Position numbers and translations under genes: made by a program. A stretch of 26,239 bases of DNA from Vulcanimicrobiota bacterium (lineage in GTDB: Bacteria > Vulcanimicrobiota > Vulcanimicrobiia > Vulcanimicrobiales > Vulcanimicrobiaceae): contig CAWAXX010000021.1 of NCBI GenBank assembly GCA_963786105.1, forward strand, positions 1-26,239, given 5' to 3'. Positions within the stretch are counted from its first letter, which is position 1, and every line of letters starts with the position of its first letter. The notes beneath the pieces were generated by a model. That model made no database searches and was not told where the DNA came from. It saw only the letters and a list, made by a program, of their open reading frames with translations. Of the stretch, positions 18,526 to 26,239 are shown piece by piece.

Positions 18526-19140
18526 CTAGTTGCCTTCTTCGATCTGCGCCCCGGCAGCCACAAGCGCTTCGCGCGCCGCGCTCGAAAACGCGACGTCGCG
18601 GAAGCGCAGTCCGGCCGGCAACGTACTGCCCGGCCTTCCGCTGCCCAAAATCTTCACGCCGTCCAAGACTTTCTTGAGCACGCCCTTCTCCTTAAGGGAC
18701 TCGGGCGTCACGTCGACGCTCGTATCCCACTGGGCGAGCTGGTGGAGATTGACGACTGCCAAGCGGGAGCGAAAATGCCCGATGTCCCGCGCCTTCTGCG
18801 AATAGCCGCGGCGATGCGGAAGCCGGCGGGCCCAGGGCGTTTGGCCGCCCTCGAACGCCGGGCCTTTCCCGCCGCCGGAACGGACGGTCTGCCCCTTGCC
18901 GCCTTCGCCGCCCGTCTTGACCATGCCGGAACCGTGTCCGCGACCGATGCGCTGCCGCTTCGGCCGGCTTCCCGGTGATGGCGTCAGCGAACCGAGCTTC
19001 ATTAAACTTCCGCTCGCGGTTGCAAACGCTCCCGCGGCAACGCTCGCGCGCCGCTTCGTCGCTTTTCCGGAAGCGGCGTTTTTCGCGCCCGCCGCGCCTC
19101 GAGCCGACGCCTTTTTGGTCGTCTTTTTCTTCTCTGCCAT
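18526..19140 (-). CDS. rplO: 50S ribosomal protein uL15 with putative 46-aa N-terminal extension (alternative ATG at 19002)
   Basis: RIGRGHGSG, GGKGQTVRSG, FEGGQTP, VKILGSG, FSSAA. Confidence 0.93.
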   Translation of the reverse strand: MAEKKKTTKKASARGAAGAKNAASGKATKRRASVAAGAFATASGSLMKLGSLTPSPGSRPKRQRIGRGHGSGMVKTGGEGGKGQTVRSGGGKGPAFEGGQTPWARRLPHRRGYSQKARDIGHFRSRLAVVNLHQLAQWDTSVDVTPESLKEKGVLKKVLDGVKILGSGRPGSTLPAGLRFRDVAFSSAAREALVAAGAQIEEGN

Positions 19141-19167
19141 AATGTATTCGCTCGTATCCTGAAGGTG

Positions 19168-19680
19168 TTACGCTGCGTAGATGTCTTTGACGGTCTTCCC
19201 GCGCAGCGCTGCCACGTGCTCGGCGGTTCGCAACGAGCGCAGCGCTTCAACCGTCGTCATGACCACGTTGATGGGGTTGGTCGTTCCGAGACACTTTGTC
19301 AAGATGTCGTGGATGCCGGCGAGTTCGAGCACCGCGCGCATCGAGCCGCCGGCGATGACGCCGGTTCCGGGTGCGGCCGGCTTGAGCAACACCGACGCCG
19401 CGCCGATCTGATGACGTACTTCGTGCGGTATCGTTTTTTCCACCATCGGCACGGTTACCAAACTCTTCTTGGCTTGCTCGACGCCCTTGCGAATGGCTTC
19501 GGGTACTTCTCCGGCTTTGCCGATCGCGAAGCCGACCTTACCCTTACGATCGCCCACGACGACCAGCGCGCTAAAGCTAAAGCGCTTCCCGCCTTTAACC
19601 ACCTTCGCGACGCGGTTCACGCGCACGACGGTTTCTTCGAATCCACTATTGTCGCGATCGCGACCGCCTCGATATTGCAT
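19168..19680 (-). CDS. rpsE: 30S ribosomal protein uS5
   Basis: [33 protein letters not shown]. Confidence 0.98.
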   Translation of the reverse strand: MQYRGGRDRDNSGFEETVVRVNRVAKVVKGGKRFSFSALVVVGDRKGKVGFAIGKAGEVPEAIRKGVEQAKKSLVTVPMVEKTIPHEVRHQIGAASVLLKPAAPGTGVIAGGSMRAVLELAGIHDILTKCLGTTNPINVVMTTVEALRSLRTAEHVAALRGKTVKDIYAA

Positions 19681-20042
19681 TAGAACTTCAACCCCGCTTC
19701 GCGCGCCGCATCGGCTAGTGCCCGGACGCGCCCGTGATACCTGTATCCGCCGCGATCGAAAATCACGTCGGTAATGCCCGCTGCTTTCGCCTTGGACGCG
19801 ATCGCCGCCCCCACCGCTTTAGCGGCGTCGACGTTCGTCTTCGACTGCAGGGGTTCCGCAAGCGACTTGTCGAGCGTCGAAGCGGCGACCAGCGTGTGCC
19901 CGCGATCGTCGTCGACGACGATCGCATAGATGTGGTGCAGCGTGCGCCGCACCAGCAGACGCGGACGTTCCTGCGTGCCGGAAATCTTCTTGCGCAGACG
20001 CACGTGGCGCGCGCGCCGCGAGTCGGCCTTCGATCGCGCCAT
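19680..20042 (-). CDS. rplR: 50S ribosomal protein uL18
   Basis: [34 protein letters not shown]. Confidence 0.98.
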   Translation of the reverse strand: MARSKADSRRARHVRLRKKISGTQERPRLLVRRTLHHIYAIVVDDDRGHTLVAASTLDKSLAEPLQSKTNVDAAKAVGAAIASKAKAAGITDVIFDRGGYRYHGRVRALADAAREAGLKF

Positions 20043-20593
20043 TACTTCTTGCCTGCCTTTCCGGCCTTGCCGAGTTTCTTTCGAATCTGCTCGCCGGCGT
20101 AGCGAATGCCCTTGCCCTTGTACGGCTCCGGCGGCCGCAACCGGCGAATCTCGGCGGCGACTTGGCCTACGGCTTGTTTGTCGATTCCGTCGACGTGGAT
20201 CTTATTCTGACCCTCGACCGAGAGCGCGACGCCGCTGGGCGCCTCGAACACCACCGGATGCGAATATCCTAGGCTGAGATTCAGCTTTTCGCCGGCCTTG
20301 GCCACGCGGTAGCCAACGCCTTGAATTTCGAGGCTCTTGCGAAACCCTTTGCTGACGCCTTCGACCATATTGGCGATAAGCGTGCGCGTAAGGCCGTGCG
20401 CCGAACGATGCTCTTTCGCATCGCCCTTGCGTTCGACGATGACCGTGCCGTCCTCGAGCTTTACGCCCACGACCCGCGACAGGATCGCGTGGCGCAGTTC
20501 GCCCTTCGGTCCCTTCACCAGCACCGCGTCGGAGTCGAGCGTGACGTTCACGCCTGACGGCACCGTAACGGGCAGCTTTCCTATGCGAGACAT
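20042..20593 (-). CDS. rplF: 50S ribosomal protein uL6
   Basis: [34 protein letters not shown]. Confidence 0.98.
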   Translation of the reverse strand: MSRIGKLPVTVPSGVNVTLDSDAVLVKGPKGELRHAILSRVVGVKLEDGTVIVERKGDAKEHRSAHGLTRTLIANMVEGVSKGFRKSLEIQGVGYRVAKAGEKLNLSLGYSHPVVFEAPSGVALSVEGQNKIHVDGIDKQAVGQVAAEIRRLRPPEPYKGKGIRYAGEQIRKKLGKAGKAGKK

Positions 20594-20604
20594 TTCTTGT
20601 TCCT

Positions 20605-21003
20605 CTACCAGACGTAGGCCAAGACTTCGCCGCCTACGCCGATCTTTTTCGCGCGTTTGCCGGACATAATGCCTTGTGGAGTCGAGATGATCACCAAACC
20701 CAGCCCGCCGAGCACGCGCGGAATCTCCGTCTTGCCCGTGTATACGCGCAACCCCGGGCGCGAGATGCGGCGTAGGCCGGTGATGACTTTTTCTTTTTCG
20801 GGGCCGTACTTGAGCGCGATGCGAATCGTGCCTTGCGGCCCTTCGCTTACGCGCTCGAAATTCTCGATGAAGCCCTCATCCATCAGAATCCTTGCGATCG
20901 CCTGCTTGGACCGCGACGCAGGGACGTCGACCGTCTTGTGATTGGCCGTGTTTGCGTTACGAATGCGCGTCAGCATGTCGGCAATGGGATCAGTAATAGC
21001 CAC
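20605..21003 (-). CDS. rpsH: 30S ribosomal protein uS8
   Basis: [37 protein letters not shown] start. Confidence 0.98.
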   Translation of the reverse strand: MAITDPIADMLTRIRNANTANHKTVDVPASRSKQAIARILMDEGFIENFERVSEGPQGTIRIALKYGPEKEKVITGLRRISRPGLRVYTGKTEIPRVLGGLGLVIISTPQGIMSGKRAKKIGVGGEVLAYVW

Positions 21004-21012
21004 GTGCGCCTC

Positions 21013-21198
21013 CTACCACGATGCCTTGGTGACGCCGGGGACGACGCCTTTATGCGCGTTCTCCCGGAAGCAGATGCGGCACATGGCGAACTTCCGCAGG
21101 AAGCCGCGCGGACGTCCGCAGATTCTGCAACGATTGTGTTTCCGCACGCCGAATTTCGGCGGTCTCAGCGATTTCGCTATCATGCTGGTCTTGGCCAT
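21013..21198 (-). CDS. rpsN: 30S ribosomal protein uS14, short zinc-binding (type Z)
   Basis: 61 aa, RCRICGRPR...CRICFRE...PGVTKASW. Confidence 0.97.
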   Translation of the reverse strand: MAKTSMIAKSLRPPKFGVRKHNRCRICGRPRGFLRKFAMCRICFRENAHKGVVPGVTKASW

Positions 21199-21749
21199 TA
21201 GCCGCGTCCCTTCTGCAGCGGAAGCCCCATGGCGACGAGGAATTCCGAGGCCTCCTCGTCGGTCTTCGCGGTCGTCACGATCGTAATGTCCATGCCCCGT
21301 GCCTTATCCACCTTATCGTAGTTGATCTCGGGAAAAACCAGCTGCTCTTTCAGCCCTAAGTTGTAGTTCCCGCGACCGTCGAACGATTTGGCCGGAAGCC
21401 CGCGGAAGTCGCGAATGCGAGGTAGCACGACGTTAAAGAGCTTGTCGAGAAATACGTACATGCGCTCGCCCCGCAGCGTAACCTTGGCACCAATATTCAT
21501 GCCTTCGCGCAGCTTGAATGCGGCAATGGACTTGCGGGCTTTGGTAACGATGGCCTTTTGTCCGGTGATCGCGGCAAGCTCCGCAACGGCCGCGTCCAGC
21601 GACTTCGGGTTGGCAATCGCTTCGCCAACGCTCATATTCACAACGACCTTCGAGAACGCCGGAATCTGGCTGACGTTTTTATATCCGAAGCGGTCTTGTA
21701 ATTGCTTGCGCACCTGACCTTCATACTTCTCTCTCAAACGGGCGGTCAT
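21198..21749 (-). CDS. rplE: 50S ribosomal protein uL5
   Basis: [31 protein letters not shown]. Confidence 0.98.
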   Translation of the reverse strand: MTARLREKYEGQVRKQLQDRFGYKNVSQIPAFSKVVVNMSVGEAIANPKSLDAAVAELAAITGQKAIVTKARKSIAAFKLREGMNIGAKVTLRGERMYVFLDKLFNVVLPRIRDFRGLPAKSFDGRGNYNLGLKEQLVFPEINYDKVDKARGMDITIVTTAKTDEEASEFLVAMGLPLQKGRG

Positions 21750-21753
21750 GGTC

Positions 21754-22116
21754 CTACGCTCCCTTCGCCGATTCGCGAGCCGGTTCGCCGCAGCGCGCGC
21801 ACACGCGATGGAGACCGCCCTCGGCAGTCCGGCTACGGCGCAGGCGCGACGGCGTTTTGCACTTCTCGCAGACGTACTGTAAGACCGAAAGCGGCAGAGC
21901 CGCCTCTTTTTCGATAATCCCGCCGGTCTGCATAGAGCCGCCCATATTGCCGGACTTCGCGCCTTGCTTGGTGTGGCGTTTCACGACGTTAAGGCCTTCG
22001 ACGGTGGCCGTTCGCTGTTCAGATTGAACCGCTTTCACGATTCCCCGCTTGCCTTTCTCTTTGCCGCGCCGGATCATGACCGTGTCACCCTTGATGATGT
22101 TCGTCTTGTCAGCCAT
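21754..22116 (-). CDS. rplX: 50S ribosomal protein uL24
   Basis: KOW-like [35 protein letters not shown]; two CxxC motifs. Confidence 0.95.
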   Translation of the reverse strand: MADKTNIIKGDTVMIRRGKEKGKRGIVKAVQSEQRTATVEGLNVVKRHTKQGAKSGNMGGSMQTGGIIEKEAALPLSVLQYVCEKCKTPSRLRRSRTAEGGLHRVCARCGEPARESAKGA

Positions 22117-22120
22117 CGCT

Positions 22121-22498
22121 TTACAGAACCTCAGGCGCCAACGACGCGATCTTCAGGAAACCGCGGTCGCGCAGCTCGCGCATGACCGGACCGAAGACGC
22201 GCGTACCGCGCGGATCGAGATTGTCTTTCTCCCCTTTGATAATTACGCAGGCGTTGTCGTCGCATCGCACTACCGAGCCGTCGCCGCGCCGGATTGGAGC
22301 GCTCGTACGCACCACTACCGCCTTGACGACTTGCCCTTTCTTCACCGCCGCGCCCGGAATGGCGCTTTTGACCGTGCCGACGATAATGTCGCCCACGTGC
22401 GCGTACGCGTGCCGGCTGCCGCCCGAGATATGAATCACGAGCAGTTCGCGCGCGCCGGAGTTGTCCGCCACCTTGAGCCGGGTCTCTTGCTGGATCAT
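22121..22498 (-). CDS. rplN: 50S ribosomal protein uL14
   Basis: [16 protein letters not shown]...GTRVFGPV...SLAPEVL. Start moved to the ATG at 22498 (ATGA overlap with rpsQ). Confidence 0.98.
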   Translation of the reverse strand: MIQQETRLKVADNSGARELLVIHISGGSRHAYAHVGDIIVGTVKSAIPGAAVKKGQVVKAVVVRTSAPIRRGDGSVVRCDDNACVIIKGEKDNLDPRGTRVFGPVMRELRDRGFLKIASLAPEVL

Positions 22499-22761
22499 CT
22501 CGCGCGCTCGACGATCTCGACCAGACGCCAGCGCTTCTCGCGCGACAACGGGCGGCATTCCGCGATGCGAACCACATCGCCGACGTTGGCTTCATTACGC
22601 TCGTCGTGCGCTTTGAAGCGCGTCGACTTACGAATGATCTTGCCGTACGTTGGGTGAGGCACTCGCGTTTCTGCGACGACCACGATCGTCTTGTCCATCT
22701 TATTCGACGCAACGCGTCCTTGTTTGACGCGCCGCGAACCACGCGCGCTATGCTGCTCCAT
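22495..22761 (-). CDS. rpsQ: 30S ribosomal protein uS17
   Basis: [29 protein letters not shown]. Confidence 0.97.
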   Translation of the reverse strand: MEQHSARGSRRVKQGRVASNKMDKTIVVVAETRVPHPTYGKIIRKSTRFKAHDERNEANVGDVVRIAECRPLSREKRWRLVEIVERAR

Positions 22762-22969
22762 GCTGCTCCTCGGCCATGCGCTTTTCAGAGATGACGGTTT
22801 GAATCTGTGCGTAAACTCGTCGCATCGCGCGGATCTTGCTGAAATCGGTCAAATGGCCGGTACGCAGGGCAAAACGCAGATTGAACAACTCCGACTTGGT
22901 ATCGCGCGCTTTTTGCTGCAACTCTTTGATCGTGAGAGTGCGCCACTCGTCCAGCTCGCTCTTTCTCAT
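22748..22969 (-). CDS. rpmC: 50S ribosomal protein uL29
   Basis: ELFNLRF...TGHL...[13 protein letters not shown]; located between rplP and rpsQ. Confidence 0.93.
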   Translation of the reverse strand: MRKSELDEWRTLTIKELQQKARDTKSELFNLRFALRTGHLTDFSKIRAMRRVYAQIQTVISEKRMAEEQHGAA

Positions 22970-22972
22970 ACT

Positions 22973-23386
22973 TCAAGCCTCCTCGCGCGAGACGATTTTC
23001 GTGTCGATCGGCAGTTTTGCGGCAGCGCGGCGTAGCGCTTCTCGGGCCACCTCCGGCGCGACGCCGGATAGCTCGAAAAGCACGCGCCCCGGGCGAACGA
23101 CGGCAACCCAGAACTCCGGATTGCCCTTGCCGGCGCCCATACGAACTTCCGCGGGTTTCTTGGTTGCCGGCTTGTCCGGAAAGACTTTGATCCAGACCTT
23201 GCCGCCGCGCTTGATGTGACGCGTCATGGCGATACGCGCCGCTTCGATCTGCCGATTGGTCATCCAGCACGGCTCGGTCGCCTGCAAGCCATAGTCTCCG
23301 AACGTGAGCGTACTCCCGCGCACCGCGCGCCCGGTCATCCGGCCGCGCTGAACTTTCCGCCACTTCACGCGTTTTGGTGTAAGCAT
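22973..23386 (-). CDS. rplP: 50S ribosomal protein uL16
   Basis: [29 protein letters not shown]. Confidence 0.98.
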   Translation of the reverse strand: MLTPKRVKWRKVQRGRMTGRAVRGSTLTFGDYGLQATEPCWMTNRQIEAARIAMTRHIKRGGKVWIKVFPDKPATKKPAEVRMGAGKGNPEFWVAVVRPGRVLFELSGVAPEVAREALRRAAAKLPIDTKIVSREEA

Positions 23387-24555
23387 TACTCTTCCGAACC
23401 TCCTGGGGCCGGCGGCGCGTGCGGTGCCTCGCCCCCGGCGACTCCTTCGTCTTTCGCTTCCGACGGCGAGACAACGGGCGGCTCGGCAACCGGCTCCGCG
23501 ACAACCGGCTCGGCAGCAACGGGCTCGGCAGCAACGGGCTCGGCAACGACGGGCTCAGCAACAACGGGCTCAGCAACAACGGGCTCAGCAACGACGGGCT
23601 CGGCGACAACCGGCTCGGCAGCCGCGACCAGCGCGTCCACCGAATCCTCCGGCGCGCTTTCGTTGGGCAGCGCGGCTTCGGTCAGCGCTTGTGCTTCGCT
23701 CTCGCGTTGCGGCATGACGATCGGAGGCGCATGATGCGCCGGCTCGGGCTCGGCTACCGAAGCCGGCAACTCCACCACAGGCTGCGGCTCGGCAACCGGG
23801 AACGCGGCACTCGGCTGCGCCGGGCGGTCTGGTCCGCGGCCTCGGCCTCCGCGGCCGCCGCGTTCGCGACGCTCGCGGAATCCGCCGCGATCGCTGCGGT
23901 CGCGCACGTTAGCATCGCCGCGCGCCTGGTCGGGCAGCACCTCGCCGCGGTAAATCCACACCTTCACGCCGATCCGTCCGAAGGTCGTGAATGCCTCGAC
24001 ATTCGCGTAGTCGATGTCCGCGCGCAGCGTGTGCAGTGGTACCTTGCCATCGTGGTTGCGCTCGGTGCGCGCAATCTCGGCGCCCCCTAGGCGACCCGAC
24101 ACTTGAACTTTCACCCCACGAGCGCCGGCTTTCATCGTGCGCATGATGGCTTGCTTCATTGCACGGCGGAAAGCGATGCGCTTCTCGAGCTGATCGACGA
24201 TATTCTGGCCGACGAGACGAGCATCCAACTCGGGATGCTTGATCTCCATGACGTTGACCTGAACGCTCTTGCCGGTCAGCGACTCGAGATTCTTGCGAAT
24301 CTCTTCGATGCCGATGCCGCGCTTGCCGATGATGATGCCGGGCTTTGCGGTGTTGACGATGACCCGCGCCTGGTTGGCGCGGCGCTCGATTTCAACCTTG
24401 CTGATCGCTGCCGAGCGCATCCACTTGTTCAGGAATTTCCGAATGGCCACGTCCTCGTGAAGCCAATCGATATAGTGCTTTTTCTCGAACCAACGGCTGT
24501 CCCACGTCCGGGTGATCCCCAAACGCAGTCCGACCGGATGAATTTTTTGACCCAT
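23386..24555 (-). CDS. rpsC: 30S ribosomal protein uS3 with ~180-aa low-complexity C-terminal tail
   Basis: [50 protein letters not shown]; 389 aa in total. Confidence 0.97.
   Translation of the reverse strand: MGQKIHPVGLRLGITRTWDSRWFEKKHYIDWLHEDVAIRKFLNKWMRSAAISKVEIERRANQARVIVNTAKPGIIIGKRGIGIEEIRKNLESLTGKSVQVNVMEIKHPELDARLVGQNIVDQLEKRIAFRRAMKQAIMRTMKAGARGVKVQVSGRLGGAEIARTERNHDGKVPLHTLRADIDYANVEAFTTFGRIGVKVWIYRGEVLPDQARGDANVRDRSDRGGFRERRERGGRGGRGRGPDRPAQPSAAFPVAEPQPVVELPASVAEPEPAHHAPPIVMPQRESEAQALTEAALPNESAPEDSVDALVAAAEPVVAEPVVAEPVVAEPVVAEPVVAEPVAAEPVAAEPVVAEPVAEPPVVSPSEAKDEGVAGGEAPHAPPAPGGSEE
23479..23619 (-). repeat. In-frame 15-nt tandem repeat encoding [10 protein letters not shown] in the uS3 tail
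   Basis: Eight 15-nt units, one 12-nt unit (AEPV) and a final AEP, with synonymous variation between units. Confidence 0.92.
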
Positions 24556-24557
24556 GC

Positions 24558-25073
24558 TTACTCCGCGGCCTCCGCTTTTGGTTTGGCCGCTTTCCTGGTG
24601 CGCTTGCGCGCGGGTGTCTTAGCCTCCGCCGGCGTGCTCGCAGCCGCGCGACGCTGGATGCGCGCGGCCTGAATCGAGGCACCGGCGCGCTTGGGACGCT
24701 CCTTTGCCGGTCGCTCCTCGCTGACGACGACGGTAACGTGCGAGAGCCGCTTGCGCTTGAAATACGCGCGACCTTGGGCGCGGGGATCCAAGCGTTTGGT
24801 AAAGCGCCCGCCCGGCCCGCCGTCGACGGTGATGCGAGCGATATACAGCTCGTCGGTATTCATATCGTGGTTGTTGCCGGCGTTTGCGACCGCGCTGCGA
24901 ACGAGCTTCTCGATCGGCTCCGCGGCGAAAACGTCAGCAAACTTCAGCAGCACCAGGGCTTCCCTGACGCTCTTGCCTCGGATCGCATCGGCGACGCGGC
25001 GCAGCTTGCGCGGCCCGGTCCGGACGAAACGCAAGTGCGCGACGGCGTTGGGCGGCGGAGTCTGCTCCGTCAT
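24558..25073 (-). CDS. rplV: 50S ribosomal protein uL22 with basic C-terminal extension
   Basis: [37 protein letters not shown]; 171 aa. Confidence 0.96.
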   Translation of the reverse strand: MTEQTPPPNAVAHLRFVRTGPRKLRRVADAIRGKSVREALVLLKFADVFAAEPIEKLVRSAVANAGNNHDMNTDELYIARITVDGGPGGRFTKRLDPRAQGRAYFKRKRLSHVTVVVSEERPAKERPKRAGASIQAARIQRRAAASTPAEAKTPARKRTRKAAKPKAEAAE

Positions 25074-25348
25074 GTCTTCACCGTCGCCTTATCGCCGCCG
25101 TGTCCGCGGAAGTGGCGCGTCGGCGCGAACTCGCCGAGCTTATGACCAACCATGTTCTCGGTAACGTACACGGGTATGTGCATTTTTCCGTTATGCACGC
25201 CGATGGTGTGCCCCACCATCGACGGCACGATCGTCGACGCACGGCTCCACGTCTTGACGACGCGCTTCTCGCGCGTCTCGTTGAGCTTGTCGACTTTCTT
25301 CACCAGATGCTCGGCCACGAACGGGCCCTTTTTTAGACTGCGACCCAT
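25070..25348 (-). CDS. rpsS: 30S ribosomal protein uS19
   Basis: [31 protein letters not shown]. Confidence 0.98.
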   Translation of the reverse strand: MGRSLKKGPFVAEHLVKKVDKLNETREKRVVKTWSRASTIVPSMVGHTIGVHNGKMHIPVYVTENMVGHKLGEFAPTRHFRGHGGDKATVKT

Positions 25349-26175
25349 TACTTCGAACCCCGTTTGCGAACGATCATCTTGGCGGTGCGCTTGTTTCGCC
25401 GCGTCTTCTTACCCATCGTCATCACTCCCCATGGCGTCGTCGGGGGGCGTCCCGACGTCGAGCGAGCTTCGCCGCCGCCGTGAGGGTGATCGACCGGATT
25501 CATGGCGATGCCGCGCACCGACGGGCGCTTGCCGAGATGACGCGACCGCCCGGCCTTTCCGATGATCTGATTTTCGTGTTCCACGTTACCGATCTGACCG
25601 ATCGTCGCGCGGCAGTTGATGTGAACCTTACGCACTTCGCCCGACGGCATGCGGATTTGCGAGTACTCGTCCTCTTTGGCCATGAGCTGTGCCGAGACGC
25701 CGGCCGAGCGGACGAGCTTGCCGCCTTGACCCGGGCGTAGCTCGATGTTGTGGATGACCGTTCCGACCGGGATGTTCTTGATGGGCAGGGCGTTGCCGAT
25801 TTTGATGTCGGCCGCCGGCCCAGATTCGATCGTATCGCCGGCCTTCATTCCGAGCGGCGCCAGAATGTAGCGTTTTTCGCCGTCCTTGTAGTGCACCAGC
25901 GCGATCCGGCACGAGCGGTTGGGATCGTACTCGATGGTCGCGACCTTAGCTGGAATGCCGTCCTTCGTCCGCTTGAAGTCGATGATGCGGTAGAGCGTAC
26001 GCGTTCCGCCGCCCTTGTGACGCACCGTGATGTGACCGTTGTTGTTCCGGCCGGAGTGCTTCTTGCTGACTTCGACGAGCGATCTTTCGGGCGCGACTTT
26101 GGACAGTTCCGAGAAGTCCATCGTCGTGATGAAGCGCCGTCCGGGCGAAGTCGGCCGATATTTCTTTACTGGCAT
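25348..26175 (-). CDS. rplB: 50S ribosomal protein uL2
   Basis: [38 protein letters not shown]. Start moved to the ATG at 26175. Confidence 0.98.
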   Translation of the reverse strand: MPVKKYRPTSPGRRFITTMDFSELSKVAPERSLVEVSKKHSGRNNNGHITVRHKGGGTRTLYRIIDFKRTKDGIPAKVATIEYDPNRSCRIALVHYKDGEKRYILAPLGMKAGDTIESGPAADIKIGNALPIKNIPVGTVIHNIELRPGQGGKLVRSAGVSAQLMAKEDEYSQIRMPSGEVRKVHINCRATIGQIGNVEHENQIIGKAGRSRHLGKRPSVRGIAMNPVDHPHGGGEARSTSGRPPTTPWGVMTMGKKTRRNKRTAKMIVRKRGSK

Positions 26176-26176
26176 G

Positions 26177-26239
26177 TTATTGCTCGAAATAGTTGACGCC
26201 GCCCAGCTCGATTTTCTGGCCGGGCTTAGCAATATGGTG
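26177..26239 (-). CDS. rplW: 50S ribosomal protein uL23, 3' fragment
   Basis: ...[16 protein letters not shown] ends 1 nt before the rplB ATG, matching S10 gene order. The first four codons (HHIA) are atypical. Confidence 0.65.
   Translation of the reverse strand, partial: HHIAKPGQKIELGGVNYFEQ

Noticed and set aside
23479..23619. Tandem repeat as a possible CRISPR array
   Set aside because: 15-nt units with no spacers, in frame within rpsC, and no cas genes in the window.
26228..26239. Atypical HHIA residues before KPGQKIE in uL23, suggesting a frameshift
   Set aside because: Only 12 nt at the window edge; cannot be distinguished from a contig-end error.

Overview
GC-rich bacterial core-genome window, almost entirely transcribed on the minus strand. 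From right to left it carries: the S10-spc ribosomal cluster (3' end of rplW through rplO), secY-adk-map, rpmJ-rpsM, a ~6 kb five-gene block separating rpsM from rpsK (DUF72, MobA-like nucleotidyltransferase, MFS transporter, and two tandem paralogous secreted proteins), rpsK-rpsD-rpoA-rplQ, two small membrane ORFs, a divergent lhgO / P5C dehydrogenase pair, and an rRNA operon (promoter, full 16S, tRNA-less spacer, 5' end of 23S). From recall, the proteins resemble Eremiobacterota/Vulcanimicrobiota (WPS-2); no search was run. The best candidates for undescribed biology are: (1) the paralog pair, each with a copper-amine-oxidase-N-like domain, a Pro linker and a beta-barrel-like C-terminus, possibly an outer-membrane tether or porin family; (2) a tandem ~60-nt structured repeat upstream of rpmJ, where infA normally sits; (3) a re-wired alpha operon with its own promoter and long leader before rpsK; (4) a membrane ORF in frame directly behind the rplQ TAG; and (5) an unusual ribosomal protein set (no rpmD at its locus, extensions on uL15, uL22 and uS3, and a uL22 hairpin insertion). 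All calls are by eye.
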